Source: an uncultured Nitrososphaerales archaeon
GTDB taxonomy: Archaea > Thermoproteota > Nitrososphaeria > Nitrososphaerales > Nitrososphaeraceae
Length of the DNA: 64,000 bases
Assembly (NCBI GenBank): GCA_963695855.1
Contig: CAVOHZ010000010.1
Span: forward strand, 1 to 64,000
Reading direction: 5' to 3'
Below the pieces are notes generated by a model. That model ran no database searches, was not told where the DNA came from, and was given only the letters and a program-made list of their open reading frames with translations. Both the position numbers and the translations under genes were made by a program. Below, in pieces: positions 22,938 to 33,460 of the stretch (position 1 is the stretch's first letter; each line of letters opens with the position of its first letter).

Positions 22938-23951
22938 TGCCTTGTTGCACAACTCGTTCTTCCCAACACATTTAGCTAACCAATTCTAGTCATATTATGT
23001 GAACTGGAGAAATTACAACGAGTCTCTTGTTAAACGTGGCGAGGTATTACTGGATTTTGATGTTATAGATAACTGGAATACTGAACTAGAGAAGATGAAT
23101 AAGGAAAAGGAAGGTAGGAAATTCGTATATCCAGATTCATTTGTCAAGTTATTGGGATACATGAGAGCATATTTTCACTTACCTTACAGACAAACAGAAG
23201 GCGTAGTTAGGGAACATGCTTCAAACACACTACCATCTATTCCAGATTATAGTAACATTAGTAGAAGAATAAACAGACTAGATATCAAGATTATTGATGA
23301 TGATATAACCAAATCTAACTTGCATGATGATAATTTTGTAATTGCAATTGATGCTACTGGAATCAAAGTATCAAACACAGGAGAATGGATTAGACATAAG
23401 TGGAATGTGAAGAAAGGCTATCTAAAGATACATTTAGCAGTCGACATAAAAAAGAAGAGAATTTTATCATTACATCTAACCAGTGAACAAGTACATGATG
23501 GAAAAGTACTGCCTGATCTGGTAGATGATATAACAATAAAACAGAACAAGGAAATCGATATGACTATCGCAGACGGAGCCTATGACAATAACAATAATTT
23601 TCGATTTCTATCATTTAAGGGAATTGAACCTGCAATCAAGGTAAGAAAGAATTCCAAGTGGAGAAAGACCAATCACTATCTCAGAAACAAGACTGTAAAG
23701 ATGCAGAAAGATCACTTTGATAAATGGAAAGATAGCGTGAGCTATGGCAAGAGATGGATTGCAGAAACTGTCTTTTCCTGTATCAAGAGGATGTTCGGAG
23801 AATATGTTACTGCTATCAGATTTGACAACATGATAAAGGAGATAATGCTGAAAGTATCGTTGTATAACTGGTTTCAGAGCATAACTGTCAGATAAACATC
23901 ATGTAAACTAGAATAAGAAAGATTGTTTAAAACGAGTTGTGCAACAGAGCA
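22938..23951 (+). mobile_element. IS5-family element (IS903/ISH1-like), apparently intact
   Basis: IRs TGCCTTGTTGCACAACTCG / TGCTCTGTTGCACAACTCG; TSD GATTATTG at 22930-22937 and 23952-23959. Confidence 0.93.
22999..23895 (+). CDS. IS5-family DDE transposase
   Basis: NWRNYNESLVKRG, IAIDATGIK, KIHLAVD, ADGAYD and RWIAETVFSCIKR motifs. Confidence 0.93.
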   Translation: MNWRNYNESLVKRGEVLLDFDVIDNWNTELEKMNKEKEGRKFVYPDSFVKLLGYMRAYFHLPYRQTEGVVREHASNTLPSIPDYSNISRRINRLDIKIIDDDITKSNLHDDNFVIAIDATGIKVSNTGEWIRHKWNVKKGYLKIHLAVDIKKKRILSLHLTSEQVHDGKVLPDLVDDITIKQNKEIDMTIADGAYDNNNNFRFLSFKGIEPAIKVRKNSKWRKTNHYLRNKTVKMQKDHFDKWKDSVSYGKRWIAETVFSCIKRMFGEYVTAIRFDNMIKEIMLKVSLYNWFQSITVR

Positions 23952-24880
23952 GATTATTGGTTAAACTCCATCCAAACTAAGGTTTTGGATATATTCGTTT
24001 TGAAAAACAAGAGTCTATCACTTGGAATAATATCTGGCCAAACAGGAAATGATTCATTCAAAGTTAATAGACAAAATTAATTAATTAATGAAGGGTTAGA
24101 TGTAGGCGTGCTTGAATTATCTTTGCATGGATGGGAACATATAGATTATACTACTCTAAACGAACAAGAACAGAAAGAAGCACTGTTGAAATCTATTGCA
24201 AAAATAAATGAATTATTTAAACAAAACGCTTCTGTATATTTATCCCACCCTATTTACTTTTTAATAATTCTACTCTTGATGCAATGACAGATTTAGTTTT
24301 AAAAATAATAAGTAACGGTCTATCATCTGAAGAGGTTTATGAACTAAAGAAATTTGATCAATTTTTTTGCCAAAAAAAATGAGAAAGAGACACTAACATC
24401 AAAATCTACTGCAATAAAAAAAACGATATAACAGATAGGATACTTCATTTGCCACCAACGGTCTTCTTTCATGATTATAAAAACGAGGGGTGGGTAACGA
24501 TTACTGTCAATGATGAGATTGCTACCGATACGAAAAATAATATTCAGAAATATATATGGTTATGCCGTAATTGGGAGAAATCCTCAAGATTTTGTTTTGC
24601 CATTTGTGATAATACTACAGATCATACAGACGATTCAGTAAGGAATGATGTGAATGAAAGTGAGATTAACGATCTCTCAAGAACTCGTAGACCAGATTCT
24701 ATCACAAAATATTCGGATAACTGGATTTCAAAAAATAGTTGACGAATATGATAAAGAGTAAATTAAAATAAAGTATTTTATTTTTAAAAAGATCAATTTA
24801 TTTAGGAACGATTAATAAAATTTCTTCTTTACTGTATGCATTACATGATAGTAGTTGTTTAGATACGAATCGTTAGAATA

Positions 24881-25066
24881 AAATTTTTTGTACTGGAGGA
24901 AACATGGAATATAGCCAAAAATTATTTGCCTGTTTTACGGTACTATTCATCCTTAAAGATTTCGAAAGGAAGATATCCACATAGTTTGGAACAAAAAGAT
25001 TCAATCTTAACATCAGAAACTATCTGCTTGGTGAAATAAGTAGAAAACATAAGCTGAGCTGGTATA
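24881..25066 (+). mobile_element. IS630 3' remnant
   Basis: Reads VLEETWNIAKNYLPVLRYYS...KIST*FGTKRFNLNIRNYLLGE, matching the C-terminus of the IS630 copies at 57-63 kb; ends in a degenerate IR (gctggtata). Confidence 0.75.
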
Positions 25067-25540
25067 GTGATTTAGGAAATTATGTTAATTATTATAGATG
25101 TTCTTAAATATTGCACAGTCCGGCGGGATGATAAGGCTATTAGTTTAATGGATGATAATATAGATAATATAGTATTTATAAATACAAGCAATATTCTGTT
25201 CTATCAGATTTTCTAAATAGTAATAGACCTCTCTTTTTATATTTGACTCAGCACAGGCAAATAATAATAAAGAAGTCACATTTTAGAAAATCATAATAAA
25301 AGACATAGCTAATTTGTAACCAACATTTTTATTAAAGAAATTAAAAGTCGATATGAAGGTAGAATAATTCTATATTATTATTGAACTAACCTACTATTGA
25401 AATATTTTGCATTCAAATCATTATAACAGATTGATATATACCAATAAAAATGGTTTATTTTATGAGCGATTATTGAATATTTATTGAATCTAAGAGTGAT
25501 TCTCAATGTAGATAAACATGTCAAGTAATTTGGTATTGAA

Positions 25541-28500
25541 TTGAAGCTAAAAAGCATCTTTTTAGTGGTACTAGTAGCAATGTCTACCATTTCAGCAATG
25601 TCTACCATTTCAGGTTTTAATAATTCTCTTATTTCGGTTACAAATGCACAGGAATATGGAAAAGAAATACGTATGGATGGATCCGGACTTTCATATAACG
25701 TTATTGATCAGAATAGTTATGGGCAAAATGAATATTCTAGTTACAACAATTATGCATCGAATGAATATAGTAACGATTATTACTATCCTGAGGAAAAAAA
25801 AGTTGTTGCAGAGATAGAGAAAGAAGATAACAAAATATTCATCTGTCCTGATACAGGTATAGTAGTAGATGACAGAATAAACTGTCCTCAAAAATGTCCG
25901 TTCAACACGCCACTTGAAGGCGTCTATGTCATGGACCTAGATGTATGTAACACTCAACCAGGTGTTGGTGTAACATGTCCACTTGATACCGATTTACCGG
26001 GTGTAGTTGTAACAGACGAGGCAAACTGTAACATCTTTGGTACCTGTGATGCATCATCGACTCCACTTGGTGTTGCTCTAGGACAGGACGTCAAAGTTGC
26101 AGATTCTGCATTATGTCAATTATCAAACGTACCCAATTTACAGATATGTGAAGATGGTCCATTTGAAGGATTTGCAGTTAACGACCAAGATGCTTGTGAT
26201 ACTTTAGACAACGTACAGATATGTTCTCTAACTTCAGACTTGCCAGGTGTATTTACAACAGACCCAGCAACATGTAACATCTTTGAAACATGTGATCTTA
26301 ACACACCATTAGGTGCATCATTAGGAACAAATGTTGAAGTAGTAGATGCCGATATCTGTCAGTTGCAATTTGCAGTATGTGATTCAGATTCTGGATTAGC
26401 AAGAGCGTTAGGTCTTACAGGTCCAATTGTAGTTGCAGATGAACAGCTCTGTGAATTAGAAGTTACTTCGGGTACAACAACATGTCCAGCCGGTTCTGAT
26501 TTGGCAGGAGTTGTAGTCACAGCAGGACAAGCAGATGTAATATGCAATCTAGAAATACCACAAGTAGTTACATGTGATTCAGACTCTCCGTTAGGTGAGG
26601 CAGTAGGTCAGGGAACAGTACAGGTTACAGATGTAAAACTCTGTGAATTAGCGATAACTTCTGGTACAACAACATGTCCAGCCGGTTCTGATCTGGAAGG
26701 AGTTGTAGTCTTGGAAGGACAAGCAAATGTAATATGTAACCTAAACATACCAACGTTAGTTACATGTCCAACTACATCTGATATTGCAGGAGCTCAAGTA
26801 ACCGACATTCGAATATGTGACCTCGATAACATAGATCTGATTCCATGTGCTGCAGGTACCAACAATGCAGGCGCACTAGTAACAGATGAAAGGCTGTGTC
26901 AAGCACCAAACGATCAAAACAAGTGTCCGCCAGGTTCAGACCTTGAAAACGTCTATGTAATGAACCCTGATCTTGATGGTGCTTGTGACATATTTGAAGA
27001 GTGTGAACCAGACGATCCAATCTTCTCAGCATTACCAGCAGGTTCATCTACATTCGAAGTAGTTGACGACCAGATATGTAACCTTGAAATACCTGAGGAA
27101 ATTGAACTGTTTGAATGTGATCCCCTCTCTAACCTAGGTGACGGTGCATTAGTAACAGACCCACAACTCTGTAATGCAGCCACTCCAGCAGAACAGTGTC
27201 CAGAAGATTCAACGCTAGCAGGGGTATGGGTACATCCTGATGAATTAGCAACATGTAACCTGGTACTTCCAGAAACATGTCCTCCAGGAACTGCATTGGA
27301 AGGAGTTTCAGTATCTAACACAGAGTTTTGTGACCTTAACGGACTTGAAAAATGTCCAACAGGAACACCACAAGCAGGACACTTTGTAATGGGCGATGGC
27401 AACCTTGCCACAAATAGTGTTACTCCTGGATCTGCTTTTGATCAAATGCTCTTTAACATCTGTACGGCTACAGAGGGGGAGATATGTGACGATACCACAG
27501 ATCTAGAAGGAGTACTAGTAGAGAATGCACCTCAAGACTGTTCATTGAACGTCTGTCCAGATGGAACGGCACTTGAAGGTGTAGCACTTAGTTTATCTCA
27601 ATTTGAAACAGATAACGATAGCCCAGCGGGTCCAGGAATGGGACCAGATGGTATACCTGATATCTGTACTGTCCAGGGACTAGAGAAATGTCCGATGGAT
27701 ACACCACTAATGGGACACTTTGTAATGGGTGACGGTAACCTTTTAACAACCGAGGAACTATTACCATTATGTCGTGTACCAGGTGGAATGGTATGTGGCC
27801 CTAGTACGGACCTACCCGGAGTAGTAGTACGGAATATTGCTACAGACTGTGTATTGAACTCCTGTCCAGCCGGAACGGCACTTGCAGGTGTAGTGCTTAA
27901 CTTTACCCAATTCAATACAGATGATACTGGTCCACTGGGAGTACCAGATGATATACCTGATATCTGTACTATCCAGGGCCTTGAAAAATGTCCGATGGGA
28001 ACACCACAAGTAGGACACTTTGTAATGGGAGATGGTGACCTTACCACAAACCAAGTTACTAATATGGACCTACCTACTTTTGATGAAATGCTCTTTAACA
28101 TCTGTACGGCTACAGAAGCAGAGATATGTTCCGCTACCACAGATCTAGAAGGAGTACTAGTAGAGAATGCACCTGAAGACTGTGTATTGAACTCCTGTCC
28201 AGCCGGAACGGCACTTGCAGGTGTAGTGCTTAACTTTACCCAATTCAATACAGATGATACTGGTCCACTGGGAGTACCAGATGATATACCTGATATCTGT
28301 ACTATCCAGGGCCTTGAAAAATGTCCGATGGGAACACCACAAGTAGGACACTTTGTAATGGGAGATGGTGACCTTACCACAAACCAAGTTACTAATATGG
28401 ACCTACCTACTTTTGATGAAATGCTCTTTAACATCTGTACGGCTACAGAAGCAGAGATATGTTCCGCTACCACAGATCTAGAAGGAGTACTAGTAGAGAA

Positions 28501-31500
28501 TGCACCTGAAGACTGTGTATTGAACTCCTGTCCAGCCGGAACGGCACTTGCAGGTGTAGTGCTTAACTTTACCCAATTCAATACAGATGATACTGGTCCA
28601 CTGGGAGTACCAGATGATATACCTGATATCTGTACTATCCAGGGCCTTGAAAAATGTCCGATGGGAACACCACAAGTAGGACACTTTGTAATGGGAGATG
28701 GTGACCTTACCACAAACCAAGTTACTAATATGGACCTACCTACTTTTGATGAAATGCTCTTTAACATCTGTACGGCTACAGAAGCAGAGATATGTTCCGC
28801 TACCACAGATCTAGAAGGAGTACTAGTAGAGAATGCACCTGAAGACTGTGTATTGAACTCCTGTCCAGCCGGAACGGCACTTGCAGGTGTAGTGCTTAAC
28901 TTTACCCAATTCAATACAGATGATACTGGTCCACTGGGAGTACCAGATGATATACCTGATATCTGTACTATCCAGGGCCTTGAAAAATGTCCGATGGGAA
29001 CACCACAAGTAGGACACTTTGTAATGGGAGATGGTGACCTTACCACAAACCAAGTTACTAATATGGACCTACCTACTTTTGATGAAATGCTCTTTAACAT
29101 CTGTACGGCTACAGAAGCAGAGATATGTTCCGCTACCACAGATCTAGAAGGAGTACTAGTAGAGAATGCACCTGAAGACTGTGTATTGAACTCCTGTCCA
29201 GCCGGAACGGCACTTGCAGGTGTAGTGCTTAACTTTACCCAATTCAATACAGATGATACTGGTCCACTGGGAGTACCAGATGATATACCTGATATCTGTA
29301 CTATCCAGGGCCTTGAAAAATGTCCGATGGGAACACCACAAGTAGGACACTTTGTAATGGGAGATGGTGACCTTACCACAAACCAAGTTACTAATATGGA
29401 CCTACCTACTTTTGATGAAATGCTCTTTAACATCTGTACGGCTACAGAAGCAGAGATATGTTCCGCTACCACAGATCTAGAAGGAGTACTAGTAGAGAAT
29501 GCACCTGAAGACTGTGTATTGAACTCCTGTCCAGCCGGAACGGCACTTGCAGGTGTAGTGCTTAACTTTACCCAATTCAATACAGATGATACTGGTCCAC
29601 TGGGAGTACCAGATGATATACCTGATATCTGTACTATCCAGGGCCTTGAAAAATGTCCGATGGGAACACCACAAGTAGGACACTTTGTAATGGGAGATGG
29701 TGACCTTACCACAAACCAAGTTACTAATATGGACCTACCTACTTTTGATGAAATGCTCTTTAACATCTGTACGGCTACAGAAGCAGAGATATGTTCCGCT
29801 ACCACAGATCTAGAAGGAGTACTAGTAGAGAATGCACCTGAAGACTGTGTATTGAACTCCTGTCCAGCCGGAACGGCACTTGCAGGTGTAGTGCTTAACT
29901 TTACCCAATTCAATACAGATGATACTGGTCCACTGGGAGTACCAGATGATATACCTGATATCTGTACTATCCAGGGCCTTGAAAAATGTCCGATGGGAAC
30001 ACCACAAGTAGGACACTTTGTAATGGGAGATGGTGACCTTACCACAAACCAAGTTACTAATATGGACCTACCTACTTTTGATGAAATGCTCTTTAACATC
30101 TGTACGGCTACAGAAGCAGAGATATGTTCCGCTACCACAGATCTAGAAGGAGTACTAGTAGAGAATGCACCTGAAGACTGTGTATTGAACTCCTGTCCAG
30201 CCGGAACGGCACTTGCAGGTGTAGTGCTTAACTTTACCCAATTCAATACAGATGATACTGGTCCACTGGGAGTACCAGATGATATACCTGATATCTGTAC
30301 TATCCAGGGCCTTGAAAAATGTCCGATGGGAACACCACAAGTAGGACACTTTGTAATGGGAGATGGTGACCTTACCACAAACCAAGTTACTAATATGGAC
30401 CTACCTACTTTTGATGAAATGCTCTTTAACATCTGTACGGCTACAGAAGCAGAGATATGTTCCGCTACCACAGATCTAGAAGGAGTACTAGTAGAGAATG
30501 CACCTGAAGACTGTGTATTGAACTCCTGTCCAGCCGGAACGGCACTTGCAGGTGTAGTGCTTAACTTTACCCAATTCAATACAGATGATACTGGTCCACT
30601 GGGAGTACCAGATGATATACCTGATATCTGTACTATCCAGGGCCTTGAAAAATGTCCGATGGGAACACCACAAGTAGGACACTTTGTAATGGGAGATGGC
30701 AATCTTGCCACAAACAGTGTTACTCCTGGACTTAATTTCGATTCGATGCTTGCAGCAGTCTGTAACGCTACCGATAATCAGGCAGAGATATGTCCTATGG
30801 ATACACAACTGGCAGGCGTACTCGTCAATAATACAAATCCGATGATGGTAGAACCAGCATGCAATCCATTCGAGATATGTCCAGCTGGTACAATTCTTGA
30901 GGGCGCATTGGTAACTCCTGGAAATCTAAACGTATGTGAACAGGAAAATATTGCTGCAGCTCTTGAAGGCTGTATATCCTACTGGCTATCTCTGGCTGAC
31001 GGAGCTACAAGAGTTGGTACTGTCACTGCAATAGTTGAAGGCGCAGCAGCTCTTGTACAAGGAGGCACCCTACCTGATACGCTCAATGACTATACACTTT
31101 TGAATAGCTACGATCTCAATAATAATAACATTCTCGATGCGAACGAATTTGAGTGCACTACATCAAATTCATTAGGATGTCCCCAGGAGTTTCAACTTGT
31201 AGATCTTATCGTAGAGCTACTGAACGCAGGATACACATTAGAGCAGTTGGAAGATGCCTTCAAAGCTGCTGGAGGCAATCAAGAAGATACAATAATTGAA
31301 GGAATATTCAACTGTATAGGAACGGTAATAATCGAAAATTGTGTCACAGATTCGCTATCTGGTTTATCTGTAACTAATCGAACCGCAGCAATTACCGCAA
31401 TAGTTAATGGTTCAGCACAGCTTGTAGAAGCGCCTGGCAATCCTGTGGATGATCTCGATAACTATCCACTTTTGAATAGCTACGATACGAACAATAATGA

Positions 31501-31993
31501 TGTTCTAAGTACGAGCGAGTTTGTGTGCAATGCGATAAATCAAGCGGGATGTCCTTCAGACCTCCAATTAACGGACCTTATACTGGATCTATTCAATTCA
31601 AATGCACCACCTGTACCACCTGGGGGTTACACACAGACGCAGATAGAAAATGCAATGTTAGCCGCCGGCAATAATAATGCAGATGTGGTAATTATGGAAA
31701 TCTTCGATTGTTTATCAGATCCACTCCAAACACAATCTTTGATGTCTGCATTGGTCTCTGTCTTTGAACTGCAAGACTCAACAACATATCTTTCTAATAT
31801 GAATATTGGTATTGCTGAACAAACAACAACAATGAGATCCCAGGAATCCCCTACAATCAATACAGGTATTGCTGAACAAACAACAACAACGACATCAGAT
31901 GAATCCCCTATAAAACCTCAGCATGAGTTTCGACTTCCGAACCTTCCATTTAGCTTCAACGGTTTGGGTGTTGTAAACGAGGACCCTAGATAA
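25541..31993 (+). CDS. Giant (2150 aa) secreted Cys-rich repeat protein (gene E)
   Basis: Type-B leader like gene A, shared core (25858-27079), 111-aa perfect repeats, duplicated C-terminal helical domain with EF-hand-like loops, and tail containing LPNLPFSFN. Confidence 0.93.
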   Translation: MKLKSIFLVVLVAMSTISAMSTISGFNNSLISVTNAQEYGKEIRMDGSGLSYNVIDQNSYGQNEYSSYNNYASNEYSNDYYYPEEKKVVAEIEKEDNKIFICPDTGIVVDDRINCPQKCPFNTPLEGVYVMDLDVCNTQPGVGVTCPLDTDLPGVVVTDEANCNIFGTCDASSTPLGVALGQDVKVADSALCQLSNVPNLQICEDGPFEGFAVNDQDACDTLDNVQICSLTSDLPGVFTTDPATCNIFETCDLNTPLGASLGTNVEVVDADICQLQFAVCDSDSGLARALGLTGPIVVADEQLCELEVTSGTTTCPAGSDLAGVVVTAGQADVICNLEIPQVVTCDSDSPLGEAVGQGTVQVTDVKLCELAITSGTTTCPAGSDLEGVVVLEGQANVICNLNIPTLVTCPTTSDIAGAQVTDIRICDLDNIDLIPCAAGTNNAGALVTDERLCQAPNDQNKCPPGSDLENVYVMNPDLDGACDIFEECEPDDPIFSALPAGSSTFEVVDDQICNLEIPEEIELFECDPLSNLGDGALVTDPQLCNAATPAEQCPEDSTLAGVWVHPDELATCNLVLPETCPPGTALEGVSVSNTEFCDLNGLEKCPTGTPQAGHFVMGDGNLATNSVTPGSAFDQMLFNICTATEGEICDDTTDLEGVLVENAPQDCSLNVCPDGTALEGVALSLSQFETDNDSPAGPGMGPDGIPDICTVQGLEKCPMDTPLMGHFVMGDGNLLTTEELLPLCRVPGGMVCGPSTDLPGVVVRNIATDCVLNSCPAGTALAGVVLNFTQFNTDDTGPLGVPDDIPDICTIQGLEKCPMGTPQVGHFVMGDGDLTTNQVTNMDLPTFDEMLFNICTATEAEICSATTDLEGVLVENAPEDCVLNSCPAGTALAGVVLNFTQFNTDDTGPLGVPDDIPDICTIQGLEKCPMGTPQVGHFVMGDGDLTTNQVTNMDLPTFDEMLFNICTATEAEICSATTDLEGVLVENAPEDCVLNSCPAGTALAGVVLNFTQFNTDDTGPLGVPDDIPDICTIQGLEKCPMGTPQVGHFVMGDGDLTTNQVTNMDLPTFDEMLFNICTATEAEICSATTDLEGVLVENAPEDCVLNSCPAGTALAGVVLNFTQFNTDDTGPLGVPDDIPDICTIQGLEKCPMGTPQVGHFVMGDGDLTTNQVTNMDLPTFDEMLFNICTATEAEICSATTDLEGVLVENAPEDCVLNSCPAGTALAGVVLNFTQFNTDDTGPLGVPDDIPDICTIQGLEKCPMGTPQVGHFVMGDGDLTTNQVTNMDLPTFDEMLFNICTATEAEICSATTDLEGVLVENAPEDCVLNSCPAGTALAGVVLNFTQFNTDDTGPLGVPDDIPDICTIQGLEKCPMGTPQVGHFVMGDGDLTTNQVTNMDLPTFDEMLFNICTATEAEICSATTDLEGVLVENAPEDCVLNSCPAGTALAGVVLNFTQFNTDDTGPLGVPDDIPDICTIQGLEKCPMGTPQVGHFVMGDGDLTTNQVTNMDLPTFDEMLFNICTATEAEICSATTDLEGVLVENAPEDCVLNSCPAGTALAGVVLNFTQFNTDDTGPLGVPDDIPDICTIQGLEKCPMGTPQVGHFVMGDGDLTTNQVTNMDLPTFDEMLFNICTATEAEICSATTDLEGVLVENAPEDCVLNSCPAGTALAGVVLNFTQFNTDDTGPLGVPDDIPDICTIQGLEKCPMGTPQVGHFVMGDGNLATNSVTPGLNFDSMLAAVCNATDNQAEICPMDTQLAGVLVNNTNPMMVEPACNPFEICPAGTILEGALVTPGNLNVCEQENIAAALEGCISYWLSLADGATRVGTVTAIVEGAAALVQGGTLPDTLNDYTLLNSYDLNNNNILDANEFECTTSNSLGCPQEFQLVDLIVELLNAGYTLEQLEDAFKAAGGNQEDTIIEGIFNCIGTVIIENCVTDSLSGLSVTNRTAAITAIVNGSAQLVEAPGNPVDDLDNYPLLNSYDTNNNDVLSTSEFVCNAINQAGCPSDLQLTDLILDLFNSNAPPVPPGGYTQTQIENAMLAAGNNNADVVIMEIFDCLSDPLQTQSLMSALVSVFELQDSTTYLSNMNIGIAEQTTTMRSQESPTINTGIAEQTTTTTSDESPIKPQHEFRLPNLPFSFNGLGVVNEDPR
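27845..30699 (+). repeat. 333-bp (111-aa) perfect coding tandem repeat, ~8.6 copies
   Basis: Identical antisense ORFs recur every 333 bp (28157, 28490, ... 30155); no differences seen between the translated units. Confidence 0.95.
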
Positions 31994-32827
31994 AATAGTG
32001 AAATGTAACAAGAAATTAGAATGGGTGTTTTTTTACACCAACAATTTTTTTTATTTTATTTTATTTTATTTTATTTTTTTATATCATCAAAAATTTAAAG
32101 TCTATTTCAAAATCATTTTCTTTAAACAATTATACAAATACATAATCACGAAAAACTAAGATAATTCTCTTTTTTTCATTTCATCCCATGTTAATAATTT
32201 TCTGAATCTCTTAATTCTTGTACTCGCAATTTTTTTCGGAAAGTCTTATTGAATATTTTAGCCTCAATTTCGTACATTAGCCTGTAAGGAAAACATCTAT
32301 GCAGACATAAAAATAACTGGTTTCATCCGACTCCGTTCTGGCTTATCCAAAACAAATACAGAGAATTTCCAGGATGATAGCTCTTCCTTGATAAAGCAGA
32401 ACAGAAATACAAGTGTAAAAAAAGTCTTTGATTTTTTTGATAGACATAAAAATAATTTGATACCGATATTTCTTCCAGCAAAATTTCCTAAATTTGTGGT
32501 ACTGAAAGAAATATAGAATATATCTAACAACCATCTACTATTCCGATAATATTATTCATCACTTACAGAATTCAGAAATAAATTGTACACATATTTAAGA
32601 ACAGAAAGATCTAACCTGGCGATGGGTAACTATATTTTGGATAACGTCATCAAACCTATACCAATTGATATAGATAAACCATAAAAATTACTCTATAAAT
32701 AGATAGATAGGGTAAATTTTACATTCTTATAAAGATAATATCATATATAATAGTAAAGTTCTCTTTACTGAATAGTTATCTTATGAAGACCTGTACATTT
32801 TTAAGAGCACAATAAGCGATCCGTTAC

Positions 32828-33460
32828 GTGAATGCTATATTATTCGTTTTATCAATAGCAATAATCGTATCTGTATTCCCTTTATTTACAACAGGTGCGA
32901 ATGCCCAATGGACAATACCTTCCCAGGACCTGAGCCAAAACCAAAACGTAAAGACTTCTACCTATGAAAATAGTGATTCAAGCATCAAGATAGATTATCC
33001 CTCTGATTGGTACTATCTTGAAAAATCAGGTTCAGATATAGAGTTCTATCCATCGACAGCGGCAGCAGCATCTGGAACGACACCAGCAACTGCAGGCGCT
33101 GCAACAACAACAGGAGGCTCTACAACTGGACAATCAGACGCAACCATAAAACTGACTGTAACACCTCTTAACTCAAATCCTGTTTCAATAAATTCCATCG
33201 TAGATGAAACTTTAAAGGATAAAAGCAAAACACTTGAAAATTTCTTATTACTTGATTCTGCCATTATTCCGGATTCTAAAGATAAAGTAACACAAAAACT
33301 AATCTATTCTTATACTGGACCAGATAATTCAAAGATTGTTCAACTAGATTATGGAACTATTAAAGACAACAAATTGTATCTTTTGTCCTTTATTGCAGAT
33401 ACAAAAAAATTCTATGATTATGTTCATGTAGCAGATAGCAATGATGGCTTCTCTAAGTGA
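32828..33460 (+). CDS. Secreted PsbP-like domain (probably the N-terminal half of a fusion with the next ORF)
   Basis: Signal peptide, TYENSDSSIKIDYPSDW and IKDNKLYLLSFIAD motifs typical of PsbP-like folds; 20-bp overlap with next ORF. Confidence 0.7.
   Translation: MNAILFVLSIAIIVSVFPLFTTGANAQWTIPSQDLSQNQNVKTSTYENSDSSIKIDYPSDWYYLEKSGSDIEFYPSTAAAASGTTPATAGAATTTGGSTTGQSDATIKLTVTPLNSNPVSINSIVDETLKDKSKTLENFLLLDSAIIPDSKDKVTQKLIYSYTGPDNSKIVQLDYGTIKDNKLYLLSFIADTKKFYDYVHVADSNDGFSK

Larger units (their letters stand above)
22708..24742 (+). pseudogene. Polysaccharide deacetylase (NodB/DUF2334-like) interrupted by IS5 and further frameshifted
   Basis: Removing the IS restores CIVFQMNDIQDY|WLNSIQTKVLDIF...SLGII; downstream ELSLHGWEHIDYTTLNEQEQ is a CE4-type HxxxH motif. 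Confidence 0.8.

Noticed and set aside
24971-25000. catagtttggaaca matching the IS1595 left end
   Set aside because: It lies within the IS630 remnant coding sequence (KIST*FGTK), so the match is likely coincidental.
15565-27079. Diversity-generating retroelement (template/variable repeat pair)
   Set aside because: No reverse transcriptase in the window; differences are block-like and not adenine-specific; all copies are coding.
27598-30711. 1037-aa antisense ORF and the recurring 76-aa antisense ORFs
   Set aside because: Shadow of the 333-bp repeat: one stop-free antisense unit is simply multiplied.
32297-32534. Two short overlapping minus-strand ORFs
   Set aside because: No recognisable motif; probably spurious or decayed sequence.
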